Counted from the whole stretch's first letter, positions 12,216 to 25,606 are shown. The stretch: 62,696 nucleotides of DNA, filler included, from Rhabdomonas costata (GCA_019059605.1; 45 parts of 45 records of this genome joined end to end with filler, not necessarily neighbours in it), one strand, 5' to 3'. Numbers and translations are program-made. Notes: generated by a model not told the origin, from the letters alone.

Positions 12216-13682
12216 TCTGGAGTGCGCTTCAACACAACTGAAGCAGAAGGACATAGAAGGGCAAATAATGGAAGCATTCTGGATTCAAACAAGCCCATCT
12301 CATGCGACGGTAAACCCCCCCCCCATCCAATGAAACCAATACAGACGTCATTGATATTACCAGCACCTTCGATAGTCCTCTCATCCTGCTCTTCGCACAT
12401 GAACCTAAGCACGCCCCAAACGTCATTCTGGTATCGCAGGCAAACCGAAATCCCCACCNNNNNNNNNNNNNNNNNNNNNNNNNNNNNNNNNNNNNNNNNN
12501 NNTTAATTAATTAANNNNNNNNNNNNNNNNNNNNNNNNNNNNNNNNNNNNNNNNNNNNTGTATTGGGTGAGTTTGGTTTGTTGTTGATAATTACTTTTGT
12601 TATTTTTTCTCAGCTCATACTGACGAGCTGTGGCTTAGGCATTGCCTCTGCACTGCTAGCTGGTTTTGGTTTAGACTGAGCGTGTTATGTGTGCCGCAGC
12701 GTGTGAGCTGTTGGGTTCAAGTGGTTGGTCCAGTTGAAGGGCGTTTGTAAATGTGTGCATGTGTGGGTTTGTATTCACGTGTTGTATGTGTGTGGATACC
12801 GCCTCAGGCACCCAGTCCCTCTGCCGATTTATGCGAGCTCTGGCTCCGTTCCTGCGACTTCTGCGCGCTCTCGTGGACGCAGCCCGGCAACCGCTGTCAG
12901 GGCAGGCTTGCATTGAGGTGGCGCCGGGTCCGAAACCCCCTTCTGAAAGGGTGCAGCCTTGAGCGAGTGGAAACGTGGGGTCATTACACCAAGGGTTCCT
13001 CGTAAAATGTTGCAATATTGTGATCTATCGAAGTTTTTCGAACAATACGCTTGCCAATTGCTTGCCCCACCGTGCAATTTGCGCTGTCTTTGCTGTATAA
13101 GCCCTCTTTCCCTTCCCTTCTGGCGATCCCTTTGCCATCTCTTCGATGCACTTGGGAGGAGATTGCTTCGCGAGGGGTCGGCGGGTTAGGCGTTGTGGAT
13201 ATGCTTTGTGCCCAATTCTTTGTCCTTTATTGCTCAGTTTTGTGGTGTAACAGCTGTGTTTTCTGAATTGTGCGAGTGGATTTCTGAACGGCTGAGTGCC
13301 CGCAACTCCGGTCGACGTGCTTGGTTTCAGGAAGCGCGAAGAGTGAAGATTCTTCAAACCAGGTTTGTTAGGGGATGCTCAAGGAGATAGAAACGTAAAG
13401 CAGGGCTCCGCCGACAGAGTCATTTGCATTCACCAGAGAACCCATCTGGTGCTGTTCAGGTCACCCCTTCATGACTCAATCTCCATGAACAGAGCTGTTA
13501 GGAATACAGTTCCACACGCTGGCAAAATGAATAACCCCCTGTATTTCGAAGGCAGCGGCCCTTTTCCCCTGTGGAAGCCGATGCAGAAGTTTGCAGAAAT
13601 AGCTACGCTTGTTCGGGGTTTCGCAGGCTGTTCAACCCATACGCAAGAAAAAGAGGGGCTTCTTGCGGGTTCCTACGGGCTC

Positions 13683-13844
13683 TGCACTCTCTCCCCCTCC
13701 CGCGGTTTCGCTCGTACTCACTCACATACATCCACCCTCCTTCCTCCACCACTGCCTCATTCACAATGTCCGTCGTGAGTGCTGCACTCTCTCCCCCTCC
13801 CGCGGTTTCGCTCGTACTCACTCACATACATCCACCCTCCTTCC
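13683..13844 (+). repeat. Direct repeat, about 62 bp identical, 100-bp spacing
   Basis: TGCACTCTCTCCCCCTCCCGCGG...CCACCCTCCTTCC occurs at 13683-13744 and 13783-13844. Confidence 0.9.
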
Positions 13845-15348
13845 ACCACCCACANNNNNNNNNNNNNNNNNNNNNNNNNNNNNNNNNNNNNNNNNNNNTT
13901 AATTAATTAANNNNNNNNNNNNNNNNNNNNNNNNNNNNNNNNNNNNNNNNNNNNGGGTTTGTTGGCTTTCCCTTTCCCTTTTCTCTCATCTACTGCTGAT
14001 ATATTCGTTCTTACTTTTACTGAGCCAAAAACGCAATTATCCCCACAAGCGCGGAGGATGGGGTGCTGGTGGTCTGAGTTGAGCCCCATCCTTCGGTTTT
14101 CCTGAAAGGAGTGGAAAGCGAGGTCTTGAGTGGGCATCTGTGCGTGAAAAGCGCCTCTTTTTTTGACGCTCGCAGTAAACCTCAGTCAGCAGCTGCCCTT
14201 CACCACGGGGGCAGGAGGGGGCGCGCTGTTCGAGATTTCGCATTCTGCCTCCACTCCTGCGGACACGGACCTGTGCGGGCTTTGTGGGGTATGCCTGCCG
14301 AACACAGTTCGAATTCGGATTTCGAATTCGGGCGAGGGCGGTACACGGTATGAAATCCGTTCGGCCACGCACGGTGCCGGCTGAAGCGGTAGAATACACT
14401 CGACCATCACACAATATCACCCTCCCCCCTGGTCAACTCCGGAGTATGCCAATTCATCCAAGCATTTCGGTGTGCGTGGGCGGTGTTTGTTCGAAAGCCC
14501 CGTGGAAAATGATGGCTTGCCGTGCGTCAGACTGACAGTGTCGCTTGCTGTGTTTCAGCCCTTCGGGAACCGCTCTGGCGCTGCGCAGAGCCCAAACAAC
14601 GTGCCCAACCCCCCGGGAGGGGACCTCGCCCTGCTCGTGGGTGGCGGTATTTCCAGCTCTGCCTCAAGTTTGTGCCTCTCCCTCCCCCTCCCCCCTTCCA
14701 TCTCCTCCTCTTTGGAGGTTTGTTGAGCAATGCAACTCGTTGTGTCTCGTGCGGGTAAAAAATGGAATCTGAGCAGGAAATTAAGTAACCCCTGAAAGCA
14801 GGCAATTTTTATTTAAACAAGGCAAGTAACGTACAGTGGGCCAAGATTGATGACGTGAGTTTTGGGCAAACACAAGATGGAAAAGATGGAGTATACGAGG
14901 GCTGCAAAGAGGGTCAGAGCATTGGTCAGTCGGGGGGTGGGGCTCCATTTATGTGTTATTGTGCTTTTTGCATTTTTTTTGGGTCGGCCGGGTGCATATT
15001 TTTCCCTCCCCCGCACTCGGACGACACTTGTGCCATTCTTGTTTAATTCCACCTTTGTTTCGAGGTCGGTACCTCAGCGCTGCACCTTTGCTTGTTTCTC
15101 ACACAGCCGGTTCGTTGTGCCACTCTCCGTACTCCTCGAGGCTGGAAGTAAATCCCGTCACGGGAGAGATGGTGGCCGTTTGTGGCTCCCACCCTGGGGA
15201 TCCTGTACCGGACCCCGCCTCCAATCTGGGTTTTGTGCACCCCCAACANNNNNNNNNNNNNNNNNNNNNNNNNNNNNNNNNNNNNNNNNNNNTTAATTAA
15301 TTAANNNNNNNNNNNNNNNNNNNNNNNNNNNNNNNNNNNNNNNNNNNN

Positions 15349-16644
15349 ACCACACTCCACCAGCGCACGAGGGCGACCTGAGCAACCGTTCCGTTGATGT
15401 CCACTCCACGATATGCAATCTCTCCACTGATGAACGCGGAATCGTTGCAGTAGAACACAAGCGTCGAGTCCGCCATAACAGTGTCCATGACAGCCACAGC
15501 CGAACCATTCAAAACACTAAGCTCCCCACAGCTCGGAAGCGAGACCAGCGTGAACTCAAACGAGATCGGGATCCGCACTCGGCTCATGGGGATGTAGCTG
15601 ATCACAACGTAGGGGTTGTCCGTGTGGGAGATCGGCGCGGCCACCACGCTGTGGGTGGCTCTGTCGCTGGCCCCGCAGGCCACGTTGTTGATGTTGGCGA
15701 TGTCCGCGAGGTTGAGGGTCAGGCCCTGGGCAGAGACTGCGGTGAGACCATCCGCGGGGTCTGTTTCGTCGTCGAAGTGCCACTGGGCAATCAACCCCGA
15801 GGCATTTTCTGGAACTCTGTCCAAGAAATAGGAGCAGCTGGATCGAACTCACAGTCAAACAGAAGAACTCCGTTCATAATAAACATAAAAGAAACCGCTG
15901 GACAGGGCAAGGGGGGAGTAACGCCCGCTTCGCGCGGTCGACGGCAGTTTCCTTCGGTGCGGGGTTCAATCCGTGCGTTTGCAACATTGCACAACCAGAG
16001 CTCGTGGGGGCAGTGGACCTGATGCTCATCTGTCCAACCAGCATGTCGTCGGGAACGGCAATCGACCATATCCGGAGCTCATCCAAAAACCTTGACAAGA
16101 AGAATTGGGGAGAAAACTCTGGGCACCACCAAAACAGAAGAGACCCAGTCTAGGTTTTCGGACTGGAGTTAGCGGTGAGGTGCACGGTTTGGCAACCATA
16201 TCCACGTACTAACGCAAAATCGGTCGAGCCATTGGGGTGAAGAACTGTATGACCTCATGCGTTAAGACATCCTAGCACATCCTAACCTACATGGCGATGC
16301 TGGAGATCTGCAATTTCTCCAGCATCGCCATGTTTTCTCAACCGCTAGTCTTTCTATATTTACTTTCCCAACTTTTGGCCCATCAATTCTTCTTTTCGGT
16401 TTCAAAAGATCTGTAGTGAGGCACCGTGGCAGGGGCGAGGGATTGCATTTAAACCCTCATTCCCACCTCCAACTACAGACAGAGGTAGCCCCAAGAACCC
16501 AACACACGCCCAAGCAAGATAGATGTAAGAGAAGGGCGCGAGGCAAATATGAAACCCGCGGAAACTGAGAGAGTCGTCAACGGCGATGGAGTTATCACCA
16601 AACCCAGAGAGGTACTTCCCCACCACCAGCGCGACCGGGGTGCT
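15349..16644 (-). CDS. LamG/concanavalin A-like jellyroll domain protein, partial, 3 exons
   Basis: Exon 16644-16556 (LVVGKY...SFRG), exon 16090-16019 (FLDELRIWS...) and exon from ~15837 (SCSYFLDRVP...GLIAQWHFDD) splice in frame. FxGxLDExRIW and GLxAxWxFD are Laminin_G_3-type signatures. Confidence 0.78.
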
Positions 16645-17199
16645 NNNNNNNNNNNNNNNNNNNNNNNNNNNNNNNNNNNNNNNNNNNNTTAATTAATTAA
16701 NNNNNNNNNNNNNNNNNNNNNNNNNNNNNNNNNNNNNNNNNNNNGTTTTTTTGAGAAAAATTCGGCAATGACTGCGGGCCCCAGATTGAATATTTTCATG
16801 AGGGGGATTCACGAGGGGTATTAGGTTCGAAAAGTTAAAATTGCCGAAGTTTTGCCCGGAAGTTTTATATCGGATAGCCCACCCCCACAAACCTGTGGCT
16901 TGATGGAACTACGGAGGCTTGAAACGCCGACAACTTCGCGCAAAAAAAGAGCTCAAAAAAATCTACACACACAGACACACACGGACATTTTTCCGCTTTT
17001 CTCGTATATAAACCCTACAATACACTGCGTTTCGTTACGGGAACAAAAAATGGAAGGCAAAAACATGAGACGACATTACAGAATCCACTGTTGCTGATTC
17101 GGATAATTCATCAGTACCATTCGAGTTTTTGCTATATCTTCATAGGACACAGAGGAACTCTACAATCTAGTTATCCAGCAGATCTCTAGCCTAGCTGAG

Positions 17200-18020
17200 A
17201 CAAAGCTTAATACGAAATATGTCACAACGCCTAGTTGAGACGCTGATTTGCCCCAAAAACCTTAATTACGAGATATCGAAAGTTTGGGTTCCACTGTGGA
17301 TTTTAACAAATACGAGTATAACCAAAGAAAGTCCATAGTACTGCATTTAAAACTAAGTACGATACGTTTCACTACCTGGTAATGCCATTTGGGTTACGTA
17401 ACGCCTATTCCGCATTCCAACGGTCGATGAACTTTGTTTTGTACAATCTCCGTAAGTTTGCAGGAGCGTACGTTGAGGAAGTGCTGATAAGCTTATCATC
17501 ACTAACACGCCTGATGAACACCTGAACGCCATTATATATGTGCATGAGCGACTTTAAAAGGACCATCTATTTCTCAACCTGGATAGTTGTTTCTATGTAA
17601 ACCGGAAGTTGAGTACTGTGGTTTATTCGTGTGGTACAAATGCGCCAGCCAAATGGCAATAACGTGGCACCAGAAGGTTTTAGGCTTTTATCACTTATGC
17701 CAAAATTTTGCCACCGACAACGCTACCTTTTTAGCGCCACTAAAAGATCTAAGTAATAAACATAAGGACTAAAAATGAGAGAGAAAGCAACCGAAGCATT
17801 TGTAGCTCAAATGTGCTAATGGTGTCAAATTTGTCCAAGCCGCTCATAATCAACACTAACGCTTCAGAAGTTGATGTCGGTGCAGAATTGTCACAGTACA
17901 ACGAGAAAGGAGACATATTATTGTTGATTTTCTATATCTGAAACTGAACCCTGCAGAAAATAACTGCCATGTTAATCAGAAAAATGCTAGCATTACATAC
18001 TTGGATCTAAAGTGCACTGC
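17200..18020 (+). pseudogene. Decayed Ty3/gypsy reverse transcriptase-RNase H
   Basis: AFKTKYDTFHYLVMPFGLRNAYSAFQRSMN...FAGAYVEEVLI (YxDD decayed to YVEE), then FLAPLKDL and KPLIINTNASEVDVGAELSQ...KLNPAENN. Interrupted by stops and frameshifts. Confidence 0.88.
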
Positions 18021-18269
18021 ATTAAGGTACCCACAAACCCNNNNNNNNNNNNNNNNNNNNNNNNNNNNNNNNNNNNNNNNNNNNTTAATTAATTAANNNN
18101 NNNNNNNNNNNNNNNNNNNNNNNNNNNNNNNNNNNNNNNNTTCCTGATTATTCATCAATCTTCCTCCCAACCCCTGAAACTACCGCAAAAACACCCTTCT
18201 GTACCATTCTTTCCCGGTGCTTCACGAACGAGTAGATGTTGGAAGTGACACACACGATCCACCAGCGCA

Positions 18270-18630
18270 AAAAACATTGCTTTTACTACCACTTACCTTT
18301 CGAAAGCATACCGTCCCTGCCATTCTTGATTCGGGCTCCTCGGACTGTTTAATCAGTGACAACCTGGTAAGGAGCTCCAGCTACCGCGGAAAAGATTGAA
18401 GCACCTAATGGCAGTGCGAGTGGCAAATGGGAATACTCTTACCGTTGACACCTAAGTCCGTTGCTCGGTGTTGCTCGGAACAATGCCAGCTCGGCTGTTT
18501 TTTAGAGTTATGGTGACCCCATTCCTGTCGTGCTGGGCTACACCTTCCTCCACCTATATCAGCCCTTGGTTGACTGGAGACGTATGGAAGTTCAGATTGT
18601 TCGCAGAGAGACCACCTACCTAATCCCAGC
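18270..18630 (+). pseudogene. Decayed Ty3/gypsy aspartic protease (retropepsin)
   Basis: PAILDSGSSDCLIS, VRVANG and VVLGYTFLHLYQPLVDWR lie in different frames. Confidence 0.8.
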
Positions 18631-19829
18631 ACTACATACAACCGATGTTCCGCATTGTCGGAAGACTTGTGGGTCTCTTGCGACGGCGCGTCAGATGCCC
18701 CCTAACTCAAGTCACACCACAGCGCACAGCTTTTCAACCCGCCATTGACAATTTTAACGCAAACCTACCGCATTGCTAACTGCGCCTCAACCCTACCTCA
18801 CGCAGAACATCAGCAACTCACAAACCTCCTCCGATTTACAACTACCGCCGTTCGCCATCTCAACAACACTCGCACCCTTCTGCATGACCTGATCCAGACG
18901 ACAACTTCCCATCTGTCTGTCACGCTTCTGATGAATTATGGAATACTCTAACCACTGATACATCAATGACATCGCCATCGTATTTGTTCTTTCCAAATAC
19001 TTTTGGCCCCATCACTCCCCTCTTCAACATCTCTTTGCCGCTTCCACCTCCTACAGCGTCAACCAAGACCTCCACCCTGGCCACGAACCCTACGGTTGCC
19101 CCATGCTGGTTAACATGGAAAACACCTTGCTCGTCTAGCACCCCATCAGACCGAGTCCCGCCCTGACGAACCCCCGCCGCACTCCCCGGGTATGCTTTCC
19201 CCTACCCTTGATCTCACACAGATCCAACCACAGCCAGCTGATTTCAATAACTTAATCAACTCAACCCCATCTTCATCCTCATCCAAACCATAACATCCAT
19301 TTCTCACTCCGCCCTACTCCTTTATGCCACCCGTCCATCCGCCAGCCGTGGCCGCTTCCTCCATCCACCCCCGCCTCTCAAGCAAATGGCACCCCTTTCC
19401 CCACGACCAAACCATCAATCTATACCGACACCCCTANNNNNNNNNNNNNNNNNNNNNNNNNNNNNNNNNNNNNNNNNNNNTTAATTAATTAANNNNNNNN
19501 NNNNNNNNNNNNNNNNNNNNNNNNNNNNNNNNNNNNTTTTGGTTATCGAAGCAAGTGAGTCCCTGCCCTCTGGTAATTACAAAAAAAGGCACCTTGGAAT
19601 AAATTCTCAGGATACGTGAGGATATACCACCGGGGAGGGGGGGAAGCGATGCTTCAGGCAAACTCACGCGGCTATCGTCATGGCAGCACAGGCGCCAACA
19701 GAGCCCCAAACATGCAGAGAGGAAGTGCTGGAATGCGGGAGGGGCCTGCAACCCTGGAAGCGGGTTCTTATCTGAGCAAACGCTTTCCATTGCGCTTTCA
19801 AATAATACTGCGCTTTCACCGAAACACAC

Positions 19830-19987
19830 CTGCCCAAGGGGCATGTCGAGTGCCTCTGCAGCCACGCCGCAATGGACTCCCGGTCGAAGTTATGACCCTC
19901 CCGATCCATCACGGGGTCCGCCATCAGTTCCCCAGAGATGGGGCAAATCATGGACTCTGACAGCTCCGGGGAAGGGGCTCTCGCCAT
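19830..19987 (-). CDS. U-box domain protein (E3 ligase), exon
   Basis: MARAPSPELSESMICPISGELMADPVMDREGHNFDRESIAAWLQRHSTCPLGR followed by a GT donor at 19829. Confidence 0.88.
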
Positions 19988-22900
19988 TTCGCCGAATGTG
20001 CCCTCAACCCCTCCAAAATAAACCACAGTCGAAGAGGAGCCACGACGGAAAGGATCAACAGTGTAAAATGTACAAGCTAAAGTACACCAAAGATGGCAGT
20101 CCAAAACATGCATGCGCGTAGGAACGTACAGTTCCCTGCATTTCAGATTTCTTTTTTGCAACCTTTCGCAACTGTTTTGTTGCATTGTTTTAAAGTGCAT
20201 TTGCTCCATTCCGATTATTAGGTCTGCAATAGGCCAAAGACGGGCTATCGTCATTCAATTACGACAAGCCTTTTGCTTTTGTCACTTTGTGGCTATCTCT
20301 TGGGCCCGGTCCTGTGCCGCGCCCGCGGAGGCGATGGCCTGGGCGAAGGCCTGCGATGGATGGCAGGAAAGAGCAATGTAGGAGGCGGGAGATTTACGGG
20401 TGAAAAATGAGAGCAACGCAGTGGTTACCATAAAAAAAGAGTAGAGAAACTTAACCGGCAAAAGGTAATGCCTAGCATCCTCTGGATGTATTTAGGTAAT
20501 TCCCTGTTGATGATTTATTTTGCTTCTGATGCGGAGGAGATTGTGCTCCCGTATTCCTGTTAGCTCCCTCCCGTTCGCTGCTGTATAGAGCTATAATCAA
20601 AATACCCACGAACGTGTGTTGGTAGCGCTGCACCTTTTTCGCAATATTCCCACGCCACACGCCTCGCTGTGGATCTTCTGGCTTTTCTTCTGCATTCAGT
20701 TCTTTTCTGATCACCTGGCGAACTTGACAAAAGATGTTTGGCTTTTTGTATCTTCGGAGATCCCTGGTGCTTTGGGAGCGCCTCTACTTCTTCCTGGAAG
20801 AGGAGAAGTGCTCCATGTCCTTCAACAACAACNNNNNNNNNNNNNNNNNNNNNNNNNNNNNNNNNNNNNNNNNNNNTTAATTAATTAANNNNNNNNNNNN
20901 NNNNNNNNNNNNNNNNNNNNNNNNNNNNNNNNGGGGGGTGGTTTGCTCCTGTGCGCTTTGGACTTTCTCCTTCTTTGCTGAAAAACGAAAGAAAATAGCA
21001 GCGGACGATAAAATGCACTATCCATGGAACAACAACTTGTGTCCTGCGAAGAGACGTGAGGGCAGTGTGTTTGAAGGTTAGTTGTCCAGCTTAGCAACAA
21101 TATCCCACTCAGTTGTGTCCGTCAGCATTCCGCAACTGAAACGGAAATTTACCGGGATGTCCCGACATAGATAACCTCATTGTCGTGTTTTTTGGGACGT
21201 GTGCCAACTAGGACTGTCAGATGGATAAATATCTGGGCGAATTGCAACTTCAATAAGGACAGGTTCGTGTGGATCTGAAAATGGTCATTATTATTATGTG
21301 AGAAAAAACGGATGAATGTCTCGCAGGTTTGGTCTCTCAGAGCAGCATTCCAGGCATATTACGCTCAGAATTGTCATCCCTTCCTTGTCTTTTTTCTTCT
21401 GTGCATCTTTCAACGATGAACTCGGCAGCAGAGGTTGGATCCTCTCAGGTGCTACCGTAGGACTACATAGCTTGTTAAAACAAACACACCCACATACACA
21501 AATCGGTCGTTCGCTCAGGAGGCACCTCTCGCGAGCACCTGTGGCCAACAGCGTGTGCGTGTGCGTGTGCGTGTGCTTGTGCGTGCGCGCCCGCGTGGGA
21601 GAACAAAAACGAAAGAACACTTTTCTCTAATAGGTGATTTGTTATTTTGACGGGAGAAAGGTGTGATAAAATGTAAGAGCTGAATGCGTTTGATTTCACT
21701 GAGGTTAGCGCCGAACGGTGCTGTCCTAGAATCTGCCTGTTGCTGGACCTTGACGGATGAGTGGGTTAGTGTGTGGGCGAAACGGCCTTCTGGGGTGGTA
21801 ACGCTATCTGGGAAGCCAATGAAGACATCGGTAACGTGGCCCTATTCGATAAGGGGGTCCTCGTAAGGTACAGTGGACCTCCCCGCTCTTGTCAAGGACG
21901 CGCATTCTCAACACCAGAATCAAACTTTCACAGAAGACGTATCCATCTTCTGAACAAGAAATCTGACAGTCTCTCATGCTCCGCCATTTGATCGTTTGTT
22001 TTTGCTGTGTTGCTTCGCGATGAGCGATTATTCACTCGCTCACTGCCAGCATGGGTCCACTCGAGCAAACAGACGGAGGCCAGTAGGTTAAACTCCCTTC
22101 GAAACGCTGTGGGGCGGGCCATTTCCCACTCTTCACTCTCGACTGGTCGCGTGGCTGCTCTTTCCTTTTCAATCTTGTTCCGGTTTTTGAACACCGCAGT
22201 GGAGCATTTCAAATCAGAACCAACACCCNNNNNNNNNNNNNNNNNNNNNNNNNNNNNNNNNNNNNNNNNNNNTTAATTAATTAANNNNNNNNNNNNNNNN
22301 NNNNNNNNNNNNNNNNNNNNNNNNNNNNGTGGAGCACGTGGGAAAGTGGTGGTCAACTCCCGTCAAGACTACTAGAAACAACCATAAACAACTCTCGAGG
22401 GAGTAGGGGAAAATTCTTAACTGCGTGGAGGGAACCCGCAATGGCAACTCCTCGGTGGCCACGCGGGATGCCTTACTGGAGAGCAGTCCCCACAAAGTGC
22501 TCGTTCCCACAAGACGGTGGTTTTATTTCACTGCAGTAAAGGAGGGCCATCTGTTAAAATCAAACAAAAGTCTCGTGTGTAATGACTCTCCCCACCCGAA
22601 CGAGGTGGCCGAGATCTTGACGAGACCCGCTCCCAAGAGCGGGAGCTCGACTGCCCTCAATCACTCATGCTCATATTGCGATCGTGTTCAGGTGAATAAA
22701 AATAGTAAACAAGTTATGTCTTCGTCCCCTTCACACGCTTTGGATTTCAGATGGGTTGTTATTGCAAATCCCTCCGCCTGTGTCTTTCCCGTATCCCTCG
22801 TCGCTCTCTTTTCACTCTTCTCTGCACTTCTCTGAAATCTTGCTTCTTCCTTTCTTCTCGAGCTCAAACCATGATTCCTTCAAACCATTCCTCTATTCGA

Positions 22901-25475
22901 TCCAGAATCACTTTTGAGGTTCAACCGAAAACACACACCAAAGGAGCAATGACACACACATTTCAAGGGTAAGCTGATGGAAAAGGTCCCGGAAAATCGA
23001 CGCATTTTTTTCGATCACCTCCCTCGAAAATTATAGTTTTGGGGCCCGTCGATTTCGCAAATTTTTTTGTCACAGATGCTAAAAAAATCGCGTTTGTTTA
23101 CTAGAAACGGAAGTTGTCGAGCTGAACCCCGTGAATAGCTTTGCATTGGAATCGGAATCCAGAACATCTTATTGGCTACGCTGGTGGCAACCCATGTTGA
23201 GCAATAGCACAGGCCAATTAATTTACTGGTTTGCATATTGGGACAAGAGCGTTGCGCACCCCACCACCACCACCACCGCAGAACTTTCCGGCCACGATCT
23301 CAGCAGCACTGATGTTGGAATTACCAAGTCAAAGTAGCCCAATCGCGGAAGTGCAGGGCGTCCTATTGCTCGTAGCAAGGTTGGCCTTCGCTGAACTACC
23401 ACGCCTTGCGTGGAAAACCCACTCCTTCGTGCACCCGCTACCCGGGAGTCGGATTACCTCTCTACTGCTGCTCGGAGGTCTTTGAGAAAACTCCACGGGG
23501 CACTAAGCCACGAAGATCCCCCACACACACACAGCAAGTGCTGGGTTGTGGCAAGCAAGGAAGACGATGCGGGGGAGCTTGCAGATGGGGTGTGGTCGAA
23601 CAAATGCACCCCCACCCCCCAACCNNNNNNNNNNNNNNNNNNNNNNNNNNNNNNNNNNNNNNNNNNNNTTAATTAATTAANNNNNNNNNNNNNNNNNNNN
23701 NNNNNNNNNNNNNNNNNNNNNNNNCAACTTCCAGGGCGGCTGCCCGGTACGCCGTGCGCAGTCCAATAAAAGTTTTCTTCTCAGGAAAATATTTACAGGT
23801 TTCCTTCTTTGAAGGCTTTCACACCACCCATGAAAAAGCAGAAAGCAAACCTCCATAATGAAAACGCAGGAAGATCACGTTGAAAGGTAGTTCGGTTTTC
23901 TGCTTTGCTCACTGGTCTCTAAAGTTCTGAAACCGTTCTTCAAGCAGTTTATGTGTTCCCCAAATGACGTTCTTTCCCTTTTGGGGGTAAAGTAATTGCT
24001 ATGTACGTGTCCCTTAGAGAGATTATTTGGTCCCGCACCGGGGGTTTCGCATGACGGCGTTATACATATACGGCCTGTACGGAACTCCCCACCACCACCA
24101 CCACCACCACCACACAAAACAGAGCCGGCCGAGGGTGAAAGGCCACCAAATCCTGATCCCAAGCACCAGCCACGCAGTGTTTCGCGAGGCCTGATATGTA
24201 CAAAAGACCCTGGGTCTGCTTCGGTTTTGCCCCAATTTCCTGAACCACACATAATGTAACCTATATACATAATGACCAAGCCCAGTCTTCCCACGATGGC
24301 AGCCCCGCAACAGGCTCGGGCCGCCTGCTGCCCACCAAACTCTGATTTGGGTGTGGAAGAAACTGTGGGTGAGGAGGATGGGCTAGGCTCAGATTAAGAG
24401 AGCCCCTTCCCCAAATCTGTGCACCAGCCCACTCGGTATGTGCCACTGTGCTCCATCGGGCTGGCCTTCCTTTGATTTGCTTTCCCACTGACTTCCCTTG
24501 GTGCTCTGTGCGGATCCTGATCCTTTTTTTCTTGCCCATGTTGTGTACTTGGGTGATGTCCTCTAATACATCCCCAGCCCCTTTCACCGCAGATGTATTT
24601 TTCCGCTGCTTTCCCTCTCCGCTCGCTCTTCACTTTTGATTGTACCGAATAGTTGAGCGCTGTTCGGGGTCTTTGATTTGAAATTTGTTTACGTGTGTGA
24701 GGGAAACGAAGGCCAACGCGGCAGACGCGCGTGGTGCGGCCGTAGCGGTTTGCCTGGGTCGGTAGCCAGTGATGACGGGATGTGATCGGAGATCCTTACC
24801 ATACTACGAGTACCCAGGAAAAAGCTGAAGATAGATGCTATCTCGACAGGTATCCCATCGCAACCCGATTGAGAAAAGTAGAAACCGAAGAATACCTGCG
24901 GCATGGTGGGACCTTCTTATGCGACTTTTCCCGCCTTTCTCTCTGCCTCTCCCTCGTTTTGGCCGCTTGCCGCCGTTCCGCAGGTTATGCCCCGAAGTTA
25001 CTCCTTCCCCAACCCCACANNNNNNNNNNNNNNNNNNNNNNNNNNNNNNNNNNNNNNNNNNNNTTAATTAATTAANNNNNNNNNNNNNNNNNNNNNNNNN
25101 NNNNNNNNNNNNNNNNNNNGTGGGGGTGTTGCTCGCATTGCGCGGGTCTGCTTTGGAGAGGAAGGGGGAACCCGTCAAAAAGAAGCTGCAATGACAAGGG
25201 GCAACGAAGCGTACGAATAACAAACCTGAGTTCCATGAGTTGCACGTTCGCTTCGATCTGGTCACTTGCGCGCGTTAAACTCGGAGAGCACCACCACATA
25301 AAAAAAGGATGCGCTACTATTTACGTGCAAACCCGCGTTCCCTGAATCAGCGACCAGGTACGAAAAGGTGCGATAAGGTATATACGATAAGGTGAATCCT
25401 CTGGGAGCCTGTTGAGCCGAGAGTCAGACAAAAGAACTTTTCTATCTACTTTTCTTTTTCCGCTATTTTAGCGAC

Positions 25476-25606
25476 CTTGTTGTCCAGCAGGAACTGGTAC
25501 AGCTCTCGCGAGATCTCCTTTTTCTTGTAGAAGAGGTCGTAGAGGAATCTGTTCTTCTCGTAGTGCAAGCGGTGGATGGGCCAGTTCAGCTCGCAGATGC
25601 GCTTTC
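25476..25606 (-). CDS. BUD31: BUD31/G10 spliceosomal protein, internal exon
   Basis: AG/GT-bounded exon encoding (G)KRICELNWPIHRLHYEKNRFLYDLFYKKKEISRELYQFLLDNK, which matches the G10 motif WPIxxxH...YDLFYKxKxISRELY. Absent from the ORF track. Confidence 0.92.

Noticed and set aside
15960..15975. GGTTCAATCC T-loop-like motif suggesting a tRNA
   Set aside because: No cloverleaf stems or A-box are present around it.
17200..18630. Gypsy RT-RNase H followed by protease as one rearranged element
   Set aside because: The two parts are separated by a linker and are independent contigs.
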